64,000 nucleotides of DNA from positions 729,492 through 793,491 of the forward strand of contig NZ_KE384430.1 in assembly GCF_000425645.1 (NCBI RefSeq). Direction: 5' to 3'. This stretch comes from Gaetbulibacter saemankumensis DSM 17032. GTDB taxonomy: Bacteria > Bacteroidota > Bacteroidia > Flavobacteriales > Flavobacteriaceae. The translations under genes were made by a program, and so were the position numbers. Positions 29,693-39,672 of this stretch are shown here, piece by piece. The notes beneath the pieces are model-generated. The model had not been told where the DNA came from and made no database searches. It saw nothing but the letters and a program-made list of their open reading frames with translations. Position 1 is the stretch's first letter. Each line of letters opens with the position of its first letter.

Positions 29693-29695
29693 AGT

Positions 29696-31198
29696 TTGAA
29701 AACAATAAGTAGTCCGGTTGAAGATCTTTTTGAAAAATTAATCGATTTTGATAAATCGAGTGGAAAACCGATATATATACAAGTTTCAGAACAGGTAATA
29801 AATTTAATTCAACGAGGCTATTTGTTAAAAGGAGCAACCTTGCCTGGCACCCGGGTTTTAAGTCATTTATTACAGGTACACCGAAATACAGCCGTAGCTA
29901 TTTATGATGAATTGGCTTCTCAGGGTTGGGTCGAAATATTACCTAATAGGGGAACTTTTGTTCTGGTTCCGGAGCAACGCACGGCTAAAATAACGGCACC
30001 CACTCAGCAGTTAGATCAGGCATATACCTATGCTCAAAAAACGGGATTTTCGTTTCAAACATCGTTTCATTTAGCTTCTACAGCGCAATTTACAAATGCT
30101 AGGTACACGGTTAATGATGGAAGACCGGATTTGCGATTGCATCCAACGCATCAGTTTTCCAGATGGTATAGTGCGGCGATGAAGCGAAAAACCTTAGTTT
30201 CAAAGTGGAATCGAACACGTGAAACCGTGCATTCAAATTTTGAAAATCAACTTTGTAATTATTTAAACGCCACCAGAGGATTTCATATAAAACCCAGCAA
30301 TCTTATTAATACGCGAAATACGGATATGAGTCTGTATATCGTGTCGCAGTTACTTATTAAACCAAAGGATGTGGTTTTAGTGGGCAGATTAAGTAACTAT
30401 GAATCCAATATGATATTTCAGCAGGTAGGGGCAAGTATTAAAACCATTCCTGTAGATCAGGATGGCATTGATGTGGATTATATTAGAAATCATTTTGAAA
30501 AGGACAATATACGGTGTGTATATGTTTGCGCACAGAGGGATTACCCGACAACCAAAACGCTGAGTGCGGAGCGTCGTTTAAAACTGTTACAATTAGCCAA
30601 AGAATTTGGTTTTGCTATTATAGAAGACGATTACGATTACGATTTTCAGTTTGAAGGTTCTGCTATGCTGCCTATGGCTAGTGCCGACGTTAATGGTATG
30701 GTTATTTACTTGGGAAAGTTAGGGCAGTCTTTATTTCCAAGTTTTCAAACGGGGTTTGTGGTGGCTCCTAAAAATTTAATTTCTGAAGCTAAAAATTACT
30801 TGGAATTGTTAGATAAGCAAGGTGATTTGATTCAGGAACAAATGCTTGCCGAACTCATTTCTGAAGGAGAAATACATAAACTAATTAAAAAGAATACTAT
30901 TGTTTATAAGCAAAGGCGTGATGCATTATGCCAGTATTTAAAAAGGTATTTTGGAGATGCTTTAAAGTGGGATATTCCTACGGGCGGATTAGCCATTTGG
31001 TTGGAATTTAAATCTCACATTTCTTTGGTGAAATTAGCTGAAGAAGCTGAAAAGCAGGATTTGTTTTTACCAAAAACAATACTTTATCAGGATATAGAAA
31101 CCTGTGCGATTCGTTTTGGTTTTGGTCATTTAAATGAAGTAGAAATTGAGGAGGTAGTTAAGGTTTTAAGGAGGGTTTATGATAATATAATTGTTTGA
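29696..31198 (+). CDS. MocR-family regulator (GntR-type wHTH fused to a PLP-dependent aminotransferase-like domain)
   Basis: N-terminal HTH (PGTRVLSHLLQVHRNTAVAIYDELASQGW) plus a roughly 400 aa class-I aminotransferase fold. Confidence 0.85.
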   Translation: MKTISSPVEDLFEKLIDFDKSSGKPIYIQVSEQVINLIQRGYLLKGATLPGTRVLSHLLQVHRNTAVAIYDELASQGWVEILPNRGTFVLVPEQRTAKITAPTQQLDQAYTYAQKTGFSFQTSFHLASTAQFTNARYTVNDGRPDLRLHPTHQFSRWYSAAMKRKTLVSKWNRTRETVHSNFENQLCNYLNATRGFHIKPSNLINTRNTDMSLYIVSQLLIKPKDVVLVGRLSNYESNMIFQQVGASIKTIPVDQDGIDVDYIRNHFEKDNIRCVYVCAQRDYPTTKTLSAERRLKLLQLAKEFGFAIIEDDYDYDFQFEGSAMLPMASADVNGMVIYLGKLGQSLFPSFQTGFVVAPKNLISEAKNYLELLDKQGDLIQEQMLAELISEGEIHKLIKKNTIVYKQRRDALCQYLKRYFGDALKWDIPTGGLAIWLEFKSHISLVKLAEEAEKQDLFLPKTILYQDIETCAIRFGFGHLNEVEIEEVVKVLRRVYDNIIV

Positions 31199-31228
31199 GA
31201 AATTTAAAATTTATAAACGGTTTATAAT

Positions 31229-31262
31229 TAAAACCCCAAAGTATCCTTTTGGGGTTTTAATT
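31229..31262. terminator. Bidirectional terminator between the convergent MocR and flotillin genes
   Basis: aaaaccccaaa-gtatcc-ttttggggtttt. Confidence 0.55.
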
Positions 31263-31283
31263 GTTTTTATTTATGGGTAAAAA

Positions 31284-32717
31284 TTATTCTTTATTTTCAG
31301 AATTTGAATTTTCTTCTGAAGAATTGTCTTCAGAAGCTTTATTTTCAATTTCTTTTCCTTTTAGATAGTCGGGAAGTTGCATCCCCGCCATATTAAACAT
31401 TTCCTGTAGTGGTGGTACCGACTTATACATGCCTGAAAGGAAGTTTGCGGTAGAGGATTTACCATCTTTATTTCCGCCATTTTCCCAAACGGTAACTTTA
31501 TCGATTTTAATGTTTTTAATAGCTTCTGATTGCATTTTAACCAATTCTGGTAGTTTGTCGGCGATCAATAATAATACAGCATCCCTTGAACTGTTGCCTG
31601 CAGCTTTTACAATTTCGTCAAGACCGGCAGCTTGTTTGGTTAGTACTTCATAAAGACCTTGTGCTTCGGCCTGTGCTTTAAATAAAATCGCATCAGCTTC
31701 CCCTTTGGCGCGCCTTCTAATACGTTCAGCTTCAGCTTCAGCATCAATTTCAACTTTCTTTTTGTCAATTTCAGCTGGTACAATTATATCTGCCATTTGA
31801 GAAGAACGTTCACGTTCTGCTCTGACAGTTTCAGCTTCTTTTTCCGCGGCATAGGCTTCTTCTAATGCTTTTGCACTTTGTACTTTTTCTGAAGCAATGG
31901 CCACGCGTTCAGCCTCGGCTTCTCTCTGTCGGCGTAAGGAATCGGAGTTGGCTACTGCAATTTTTGCAGTATTTTCTCCTTCAACAGCCTGGGCATTGGC
32001 TGCAGCAACCTGTGTTCTTTCATCTTGAACGGCATTGGCTTCACCAATAGAACCATCTCTATTTTTTTCAGCCACCGATTTACGTGCGGCATTTATAGCA
32101 TGGGCTGCAGCTTCTTTACCTAAGGCTTCAATATAGCCAGATTCATCAACAATATCGGTAATGTTAACGTTAATGAGTTTTAAACCTACTTTTTTAAGTT
32201 CTGATTCCACACTCTGTGAGATATTGGTTAAGAATTTATCTCTATCAGAATTAATTTCTTCAATATCCATGGACGCTACTACTAAACGTAACTGACCAAA
32301 AATGATTTCTTTGGCTAACTCTTGAACATCGTTCATTGATAAGCCTAATAATCGCTCGGCAGCATTTTGCATGATACCAGGTTCGGTAGAAACACCAATA
32401 GTGAATCGTGATGGTACATTAACACGAATGTTTTGTTTAGAAAGGGCGTTAACTAGATTGACTTCAATAGAAATCGGAGTCAAATCTAAGAATTCATAAT
32501 CTTGAATTACTGGAAAAATAAAAGCGGCTCCACCATGGATACATTTCGCTGATTGCCCACCAGCTACTTTACCGTAAACTACTAAAATCCTATCGGATGG
32601 ACAACGCTTATAGCGTCTAATGAGTACGATAAAAAATATAAAAATAAACATGATGGCTGCTATAACAGCCATGGGAAGTCCAAAACTAAAAGCGTCTTGT
32701 GTAATAAGTGTTAGCAT
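31284..32717 (-). CDS. Flotillin-like SPFH/band-7 protein (YqiK-like)
   Basis: N-terminal TM; SPFH domain; a long Ala/Glu-rich coiled coil; an acidic tail. Confidence 0.85.
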   Translation of the reverse strand: MLTLITQDAFSFGLPMAVIAAIMFIFIFFIVLIRRYKRCPSDRILVVYGKVAGGQSAKCIHGGAAFIFPVIQDYEFLDLTPISIEVNLVNALSKQNIRVNVPSRFTIGVSTEPGIMQNAAERLLGLSMNDVQELAKEIIFGQLRLVVASMDIEEINSDRDKFLTNISQSVESELKKVGLKLINVNITDIVDESGYIEALGKEAAAHAINAARKSVAEKNRDGSIGEANAVQDERTQVAAANAQAVEGENTAKIAVANSDSLRRQREAEAERVAIASEKVQSAKALEEAYAAEKEAETVRAERERSSQMADIIVPAEIDKKKVEIDAEAEAERIRRRAKGEADAILFKAQAEAQGLYEVLTKQAAGLDEIVKAAGNSSRDAVLLLIADKLPELVKMQSEAIKNIKIDKVTVWENGGNKDGKSSTANFLSGMYKSVPPLQEMFNMAGMQLPDYLKGKEIENKASEDNSSEENSNSENKE

Positions 32718-32733
32718 TGAATAAAAGGTTTAA

Positions 32734-33312
32734 TTAGTTATTAAGTTGTTCTACAATTAAAATGCCGTTATCGGTAACGTCTTTAACTTTTATAACGGTT
32801 CCGGATTTTAGATTGTTTTCAGAATCTGTTAAAGCCTCAAGTTCTCTTAATGCGCCTTGAATTCTAACATGGGCTTTACCAATACTAGAACGGTTAGCTC
32901 CAATAGTTAGATAGACTTCACCCACGGCTCCAATAGCATTTTTAAAATTAAGGGTCCCACTGTGATTTAGTTTTCGCATATAATAAAACATAGCAGCCAT
33001 AATGCTCATCATAACCAAACCAGCTACTAACGAAATGAGTACTGTTAAAGGTTTAGATAAGCCAGAATCTATGCAGGCAATACCGCTCCACCCAAAAATG
33101 GTAAAGAAACCTACTAGATTTTTAAAGGTTATAAACTGAAATCCGATACCCGTATCGGACTCTATTTCAGCATCTGTTTCGAGTTCTAAACCATCAGAAT
33201 CACCACCAACAAATGTTAGGACAATCATAATGATAAAAACTAAGGAAGCAATTAGTGCAATACCCCAATAAATTCTGGGAAAGAGGTCTAAGCTAAAAAA
33301 CCATTCAACCAT
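32734..33312 (-). CDS. NfeD-family membrane protein (partner of flotillin)
   Basis: Multi-TM N-terminus plus a C-terminal OB-fold-like soluble domain; located immediately upstream of the flotillin gene. Confidence 0.75.
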   Translation of the reverse strand: MVEWFFSLDLFPRIYWGIALIASLVFIIMIVLTFVGGDSDGLELETDAEIESDTGIGFQFITFKNLVGFFTIFGWSGIACIDSGLSKPLTVLISLVAGLVMMSIMAAMFYYMRKLNHSGTLNFKNAIGAVGEVYLTIGANRSSIGKAHVRIQGALRELEALTDSENNLKSGTVIKVKDVTDNGILIVEQLNN

Positions 33313-33367
33313 AATTATAAGTTTTAAATTTTAATGAAATATAAAACCTTTTTATGGTTTTATAATG

Positions 33368-34522
33368 TTATTTTGAAAGTAAAATCGACACGGCGTTCCC
33401 TCCAAATCCTACAGCGTTAATTAACACGTTCTTAATCTGCTTTGGTGTTTTTGGGTTTTCTAAAAAAGGTACAGGAATGAATTTTTGATGTTGCAGCATT
33501 AATATGGCCAATTCTATACTCAACAATCCTGATGTACCGAAGCTATGTCCTATTTTCCACTTATTAGTAGTGAGAGCAGGCATTTTGTTACAAAATATTT
33601 TTTCGATGGCTTTATATTCACTTAAATCGCCCTTAATAGTGCCAGGTGCGTGCATAACTATGACGTCAATGTCATTGGGGTTTGTGTTTCCTAAGGCCAT
33701 GGTCATAGACTTTTGAAAACATTTGGCATCACTTGAAATAGAGATGTTATGTTTTAGTATTTCGGTGGCATACCCGTAGCCTGTAATAATGGCTAAAGCA
33801 TGTTTTTTGATACCTTCTTCCAAACAAGCCATAGAGGCACCTTCACCTAAAGCCATGGTGTTTTTTTCTTTAGAAAGATCTAATGCCCGACAAGGATAAT
33901 CTGATGTGCCTTTCGTGTAAATTTTTAAGGCTTTCATCTGAGCTATGGTGAACGGGGTTAATGGCGCTTCACTACCACCAACTAAAAACTTGTCGCACAT
34001 CCCCGAATTAATCCAGGCGATGCCGTTTAACATGGCGTGTAATGCCGTCGAACAGGTTATGGAATGGCTAATTTCTGGTCCCTGGGTCTGTAAATCGTGA
34101 GCCACCCAGGACGAAATATTACCTAGTGTTGTTGTTGGAGAACTAAGTGTTTGGGCTTTGTTGTTTTTTAAAAAATCTTCGTGATAGGCTTCAAATAATT
34201 CGGTAGCACCACGCGAAGATCCAATATTAATTCCGAAGTTGTTCGAAGCTATCCAATTAGCCTGTTTAATGGCCTTTCGTGAAGCATAAATAGCAAATAA
34301 AACGGTCGGGTCTAAGTTTTTATATTTCGGATCTGAACCCCGTAATACCTCAATCTCATTTTGGGCATCGTCTGGAATTTTACCCATCCATGCTTTTTGT
34401 GCCTTTATTGTGTGTTTCGATAGACAATGAGAACTTTTTTGGTAACTAGCCCAAGTTTCATTTAAAGTTTTTCCTAGCGGGGAAATCGAAGCTATTGCAG
34501 TAATGGAGATTGGTTTTTGCAA
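33368..34522 (-). CDS. Beta-ketoacyl-ACP synthase I/II-like condensing enzyme (384 aa). It is the last gene of the bio operon.
   Basis: Thiolase-fold; an active-site Cys in CSTALHAM; downstream HAPGT and GHSFG motifs. It lies 21 nt downstream of bioA. Confidence 0.8.
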   Translation of the reverse strand: MQKPISITAIASISPLGKTLNETWASYQKSSHCLSKHTIKAQKAWMGKIPDDAQNEIEVLRGSDPKYKNLDPTVLFAIYASRKAIKQANWIASNNFGINIGSSRGATELFEAYHEDFLKNNKAQTLSSPTTTLGNISSWVAHDLQTQGPEISHSITCSTALHAMLNGIAWINSGMCDKFLVGGSEAPLTPFTIAQMKALKIYTKGTSDYPCRALDLSKEKNTMALGEGASMACLEEGIKKHALAIITGYGYATEILKHNISISSDAKCFQKSMTMALGNTNPNDIDVIVMHAPGTIKGDLSEYKAIEKIFCNKMPALTTNKWKIGHSFGTSGLLSIELAILMLQHQKFIPVPFLENPKTPKQIKNVLINAVGFGGNAVSILLSK

Positions 34523-34543
34523 GGGTCTAATTTTGGAGTAAAT

Positions 34544-35809
34544 TTATATTATTTCTAAAGCTTCTTCAATGGCTTTATAAATTTTTTCAAGCTGATTTTG
34601 ACTTATAACATACGGAGCCTGAATGTATATAGTGTTTCCAAGCGGTCGTAGAAATATGCCTTTACTCATAAAAAAATTAAATAGTTTATCGCGAAGATTT
34701 CCGTAGCGTTCCATTTTAGTATTCAAATCTAAAGCGAAAATAATACCCGTTTGTCTCGTAGTTTTTACTTTAGGGTGATTTTTTATTCGATTCTTAAAGG
34801 TTTTATGTGAAGCCGTGATTCTGGAAATATTATTTTGAATGGCTTCTGTTTGTAACAGTTCGATACTCGCTAGGGCAGCTGTGCAAGCCAATGGATTTGC
34901 AGAATAAGTATGTCCGTGAAAAAGCCCTTTACTTATGTCGTTACTATAGAAAGCGTCATAAATGCGTTTAGAACAAGTTGTTAAAGCCATGGGGAGTAGG
35001 CCACCAGTTAAGGCTTTGCTTAGACACATAATATCAGGATAAGTTTCCAGATGAAGTGATGCAAAATGTTTACCAGTTTTACCAAATCCTGTCATGACTT
35101 CATCGGCTACGGTAATAATATGGTTAGCCTTGCAGAATTTTAGAATGGCATTTAATCCTTCAGGACTATGCATTTTCATAGCAGCGGCTCCTTGTACCAG
35201 TGGTTCGTAAACAAACCCGGCAATGTTACAAGTATTATTTAATTCTTCAAGGGTTTTTAAAATGTTTTCAATAGTATCTGCAGTTGGGGTTGGAATCCGT
35301 TTTACGTTCAAAAAGAAATCTTCAAACGGCCCATTATATACCGATAGGCCTGATACGCTCATGGCTCCAAAGGTATCGCCGTGGAATCCGTCTTCGAAAG
35401 CTAAAAGCGTATCTTTCTTTTTACCTTGGTTGAAGTGGTATTGCAAGGCCATTTTTATACCAATTTCAACACTGGTCGATCCATTATCACTGAAAAATAT
35501 TTTTTCCTGATTATCAGGAAGGATATTAACAAGCGCTTCTGAAAGATTTACAGCAGGTTCATGTGTAAAACCGCTAAAAATAACTTGATCTAACTGTTGC
35601 ATTTGCTCAGATACCTTATTGGTAATATACGGGTTGCAATGCCCGTACATGCAAGTGTACCAGGAGGCAATCGCATCGATGTATTCATTATTGTTTTCAT
35701 CGTAAAGAATGCAGCCTTTGGCTTTTTTTATTGCAATGGTATCTGGGTGTAGCTTATGCTGTGTTAGCGGGTGCCACAGATGTAGTTTGTCGCGGTCTTG
35801 TAAAGTCAT
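34544..35809 (-). CDS. bioA: Adenosylmethionine-8-amino-7-oxononanoate aminotransferase
   Basis: Class-III aminotransferase with an LWHP N-terminus; PLP Lys region; operon context. Confidence 0.9.
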   Translation of the reverse strand: MTLQDRDKLHLWHPLTQHKLHPDTIAIKKAKGCILYDENNNEYIDAIASWYTCMYGHCNPYITNKVSEQMQQLDQVIFSGFTHEPAVNLSEALVNILPDNQEKIFFSDNGSTSVEIGIKMALQYHFNQGKKKDTLLAFEDGFHGDTFGAMSVSGLSVYNGPFEDFFLNVKRIPTPTADTIENILKTLEELNNTCNIAGFVYEPLVQGAAAMKMHSPEGLNAILKFCKANHIITVADEVMTGFGKTGKHFASLHLETYPDIMCLSKALTGGLLPMALTTCSKRIYDAFYSNDISKGLFHGHTYSANPLACTAALASIELLQTEAIQNNISRITASHKTFKNRIKNHPKVKTTRQTGIIFALDLNTKMERYGNLRDKLFNFFMSKGIFLRPLGNTIYIQAPYVISQNQLEKIYKAIEEALEII

Positions 35810-35811
35810 GG

Positions 35812-36420
35812 TTATAATTTGTCTTTGAATATGGAAGCATATTCTTTAACGACATTGGTGTCGAAATAAGGCTCTTCTTCAATGCGACCAATTACGGGAA
35901 TGGTGGTCATTTTTTCAATAATAGATTCTGTAGATGTATGCTCGTTGCCAGAATAAATTAAAGACACATCAAGCCCCTTAGATTTTAGCAGGTTTATAGT
36001 TAACAGTGTGTGATTGATGCTGCCTAAATAATGTCTTGAAACAACAATTACTTTGTAATCTGGTTGTATTAGGTCTAAAATAGTTTGAGTATTGTTAATA
36101 GGAACCAGTAAACCACCAGCACCTTCTATAACCATATTGTTTTTAGTCTTCGGTTTTTTTATGTTTTTGGCTTCTATGTGTACCCCATCAATTTCAGCCG
36201 CTGCGTGTGGACTCATTGGGGTTTGTAAAGTGAAGCTGTTTGGGTGAAATTTAGATTTAGAATTTGAAACTAAGCGCTCAACTTTATGGGAGTCACTATT
36301 ATCTAAATCTCCAGCTTGAATAGGTTTCCAGTAATCCGCCTTTAGAGCTTCGGTAATGATGGCTGAGGCAATTGTTTTTCCAACATTGGTAGATATTCCT
36401 GTTATGAAATATGTTTTCAT
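35812..36420 (-). CDS. bioD: Dethiobiotin synthetase
   Basis: P-loop GISTNVGKT; about 200 aa. Confidence 0.9.
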   Translation of the reverse strand: MKTYFITGISTNVGKTIASAIITEALKADYWKPIQAGDLDNSDSHKVERLVSNSKSKFHPNSFTLQTPMSPHAAAEIDGVHIEAKNIKKPKTKNNMVIEGAGGLLVPINNTQTILDLIQPDYKVIVVSRHYLGSINHTLLTINLLKSKGLDVSLIYSGNEHTSTESIIEKMTTIPVIGRIEEEPYFDTNVVKEYASIFKDKL

Positions 36421-36797
36421 TTGAAAACTGTTTTACAGTTATTACAGATGTATTTGGTCTTTTCGAAAAAAGGAAAAAGCATAAAAAAGATATTATTTCT
36501 TTTTGGTGGGGCTATTAAAATGCGAGTCGAATTACACTCAGGACAGTGTAAATCTTGTCCGTTTTTACCTTTGTGATATTCTCTAATATCATTATAGATT
36601 TCTATAGCGTAATCTAAATCCTTATTATGAACCAACAGTTTTACCCCTCCTATGGCTTGACTAATTAAAGGATCGGAATCGATGGTTTTTTCATCAGCTA
36701 ACATGGTTTTAATATGTTCTGATTCTAATTTCGATTTGACGATTTGAGCTTCAGTTGAATATTCGAATACGGCTAAAACGGTATAATTGTTATTCAT
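36417..36797 (-). CDS. Uncharacterised 126 aa protein with a C-terminal CxxC...CxxC zinc-ribbon. It is translationally coupled between bioF and bioD.
   Basis: CPECNS...CNNCKT; it overlaps bioF by 8 nt and bioD by 4 nt. Confidence 0.5.
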   Translation of the reverse strand: MNNNYTVLAVFEYSTEAQIVKSKLESEHIKTMLADEKTIDSDPLISQAIGGVKLLVHNKDLDYAIEIYNDIREYHKGKNGQDLHCPECNSTRILIAPPKRNNIFFMLFPFFEKTKYICNNCKTVFK

Positions 36798-38013
36798 TTA
36801 CAGTTGGTTTATGACACGCAAAAGTAGCAAGACCTTTTAAAACATCCTTAATTTCTTTCTTAGAATTATAACTGTGTAAACAAAAACGCAGACGTTCTTG
36901 ATTGATAGGAACTGTAGGAGATAAAATGGCTTTGGCATCGAAGCCTAAATTTTGTATTTTAAGTGCTACATTTTTTACATATTCGTTTCCGGGAATTATA
37001 CAGCATTGAATAGCAGAATCACTTTCAATAAAGATATTTTGAAGGTTGTTTTTTTGTAACTCCAGTTTAAAGTATGCGATGTTGTCTTTTAGTTGGTTTA
37101 TACTTGGAGTTTGTGTTAGTTCTTGATAAGCAGTTTGTATTGTAGCTAAAGCATGTGGCGATAAGGCGGTGGTATAAATAAGACTTCTGGAGAAATTAAT
37201 TAAATATTGCTTTAAATTGTTATCGCAAATTATTGCAGCACCATGACATCCTAAGGCTTTGCCAAATGTTACAATACGGGCAAATACATGTGTTTCGGTG
37301 CCTAATTCCTGAACGCGTCCGGAACCATTTTTTCCAAATACGCCTAAAGCGTGTGCCTCATCGACGATGAGGTAGGCATAATGTGTTTTACAAAGATTAC
37401 TAAGCGCTATTAAATCGGGAGAGTCACCATCCATAGAAAATACCGATTCGGTAACGACGTAAATAGTCTCATTGTTATTAAAGCGTGAAATAAGCGATGC
37501 TAAATCGTTTAAATCGTTATGTTTGAATTTGTAAGCTTTGGCATGACTCATGGTAATGCCGTCGCGTATGGAAGCATGAATGTATTCGTCGTATAAGATA
37601 ATATCTCCACGTTGAGGTACGCTTGAGAAAAACCCGATATTGGCATTGTAGCCTGAGTTATAAATTAATGCCGATTCACTGTTATGAAAATGGGATAGAA
37701 TAGATTCTACGATTGGATATAATCGATGATTTCCTGAAAGTAATCGCGATCCTGTCGCTCCATTTTGTGCAATATGGTGTCCTTTTAAAAAAGCATGTGT
37801 TTCTTTAAATATGAATTCGCTTTTAGAAAATCCTAAATAATCATTAGATGAAAAATCTATTAAATTATTTGATGGTTTGAGGGTTCGTAAAGCGTTTTTA
37901 GCGATACGATCATCTAATTTTTGTTGTAATTTTTTAGGAAGGTTCATAGAACAAATGTATGCAAAATTTGTACTTTTGAGTTGATTCAAATTTACACTAT
38001 TATGAGATGTCAT
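36790..38013 (-). CDS. bioF: 8-amino-7-oxononanoate synthase (alpha-oxoamine synthase family). The true start is probably the internal Met at about 37947.
   Basis: Class-II aminotransferase fold with an FSMDGD PLP-Lys-region motif. Confidence 0.85.
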   Translation of the reverse strand: MTSHNSVNLNQLKSTNFAYICSMNLPKKLQQKLDDRIAKNALRTLKPSNNLIDFSSNDYLGFSKSEFIFKETHAFLKGHHIAQNGATGSRLLSGNHRLYPIVESILSHFHNSESALIYNSGYNANIGFFSSVPQRGDIILYDEYIHASIRDGITMSHAKAYKFKHNDLNDLASLISRFNNNETIYVVTESVFSMDGDSPDLIALSNLCKTHYAYLIVDEAHALGVFGKNGSGRVQELGTETHVFARIVTFGKALGCHGAAIICDNNLKQYLINFSRSLIYTTALSPHALATIQTAYQELTQTPSINQLKDNIAYFKLELQKNNLQNIFIESDSAIQCCIIPGNEYVKNVALKIQNLGFDAKAILSPTVPINQERLRFCLHSYNSKKEIKDVLKGLATFACHKPTVNE

Positions 38014-38448
38014 CTGTTGTTCGTGTTATTCTTTTTTACTTGTGTTGGTTTCGCCCAGAATAATTATATTGTTAAAACAGAAGATGGTAGACGTGTGTTG
38101 CTAAAAGCTGATTACACCTGGGAATATATTGATGCTGAGGTTTCTATTGCAGGAAAAGGGGGATTAGATCTCGCTAAAACTGTAAATGAAAGTGCGTGTG
38201 ATATGGGGGCAGATTTTGAAGAGCCTAAGCTAGATAATAAAATTCAGGCGCAGTTGAAGAAGGGTAGGGCGACTATGGGCCATGTAAAGGAGAAGGTAGC
38301 TCATGATTATAATTGTACTATTGCCGATGTTGTGTTATTAGATTATAAAGAACAGAAATCAAAGGGTGTTTATGTTTTTTGTGCCAATGGTACTAAAGTG
38401 GCTTACAAACGTACTGGACACACTATTATAAAAAAAGGTAAAATTTGA
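38002..38448 (+). CDS. Secreted hypothetical protein
   Basis: Signal peptide (LLFVLFFFTCVGFAQ); no recognisable catalytic motif. Confidence 0.4.
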   Translation: MRCHLLFVLFFFTCVGFAQNNYIVKTEDGRRVLLKADYTWEYIDAEVSIAGKGGLDLAKTVNESACDMGADFEEPKLDNKIQAQLKKGRATMGHVKEKVAHDYNCTIADVVLLDYKEQKSKGVYVFCANGTKVAYKRTGHTIIKKGKI

Positions 38449-38457
38449 TTATAGAGT

Positions 38458-39672
38458 TTATCGTCTTCGATTAGCTAATAGCGGTGGTGGTTCGCCAGTA
38501 AACGGATTCCATCGGCTAATACTTTTGGCTTCCATGCCTGCAGCAGTAATAACGGCTCTATCACCATAACGTTCCCGCATTTTATCGATAGCTTCACTTA
38601 AATGCAGGCGTTTTTCATTGTCTTCGAATAAGTTAATTTGATGGCCGCCTTCAACTAAATGGCTAAATTTTACACCGATAAGTCGTACGAGTAAACGACG
38701 GTTATAAAGCTTATGAAATAAATCTAAAACTACTGGAATAATATTATGATCCATAGCGCTATACGGGATACGCTGTTGCTGAGTATATGTTTGAAAATCG
38801 GAATACCGAAGTTTAAACGTAATGCAAGCTGTTAGTTTGTTGCCACGACGTAATTGGTAGGCTAAATTCTCGGCCATGGCTACAATAATACCTTTCAGTT
38901 TTAAAACATCGGTAGTGTCTTTGTTAAAAGTACGCTCGGTAGAAATCGATTTTCGTTCGTGGTATTGAATTACCGGGCTGTTGTCTATACCATTGGCTTT
39001 TTTCCAGATACTCAATCCGTTTTTTCCAAGAACCCGGTGCATAAGTTCCATAGGCATTTCCTGAATGGTTTTAATTCTTTTTACACCCAGATCACAAAGT
39101 GCTTTATAGGTAATCTCTCCAACCATCGGGATTTTTCTAACTGAAAGCGGCGCTAAAAAAGGTTTTTCGGTACCACTTAAAATACGAATTTCGTTGTTAG
39201 GTTTGGCTTCACCTGTGGCTATTTTAGAGACTGTTTTGTTAACGGATAAACCAAACGAGATGGGTAATCCGGTTTCCTTTATAATTCGTTGTCGTAATTC
39301 GGATGCCAGTTTGTGGCACCCAAAAAATTTATCCATACCTGTAAGATCGATGTAAAACTCATCAATTGATGTTTTTTCATAAAGCGGAACACTTTCTTTA
39401 ATAACATTAGTAACGTCTTTCGAGAAATTGGTGTAAATACCAGAGTTACCTCTTAATATAATAGCTTCGGGACAAAGCATTTTAGCCATGCGCATGGGCA
39501 TGGCCGAATGTACTCCAAACTTACGCGCTTCATAGCTACAAGAGGCTACGACACCACGATCTGAAGTACCTCCAATAAGCACAGGTTTCCCTATTAAACG
39601 ACTGTCTAAAAGGCGTTCGCAAGACACGAAAAAAGTATCTAAATCCATATGTACAATGGTTCGATGTGTCAT
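38458..39672 (-). CDS. Y-family DNA polymerase (DinB/Pol IV-like), translationally coupled downstream of the DnaE2-like gene
   Basis: HMDLDTFFVSCE and SIDEFYIDLTG retain the Y-family catalytic Asp/Glu; there is a 1 nt overlap with the upstream gene. Confidence 0.85.
   Translation of the reverse strand: MTHRTIVHMDLDTFFVSCERLLDSRLIGKPVLIGGTSDRGVVASCSYEARKFGVHSAMPMRMAKMLCPEAIILRGNSGIYTNFSKDVTNVIKESVPLYEKTSIDEFYIDLTGMDKFFGCHKLASELRQRIIKETGLPISFGLSVNKTVSKIATGEAKPNNEIRILSGTEKPFLAPLSVRKIPMVGEITYKALCDLGVKRIKTIQEMPMELMHRVLGKNGLSIWKKANGIDNSPVIQYHERKSISTERTFNKDTTDVLKLKGIIVAMAENLAYQLRRGNKLTACITFKLRYSDFQTYTQQQRIPYSAMDHNIIPVVLDLFHKLYNRRLLVRLIGVKFSHLVEGGHQINLFEDNEKRLHLSEAIDKMRERYGDRAVITAAGMEAKSISRWNPFTGEPPPLLANRRR

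Noticed and set aside
29660-29695. Possible riboswitch upstream of the TonB receptor near bioB, or upstream of the bio operon
   Set aside because: The available leaders are only about 36-45 nt, which is too short for known riboswitch aptamers.
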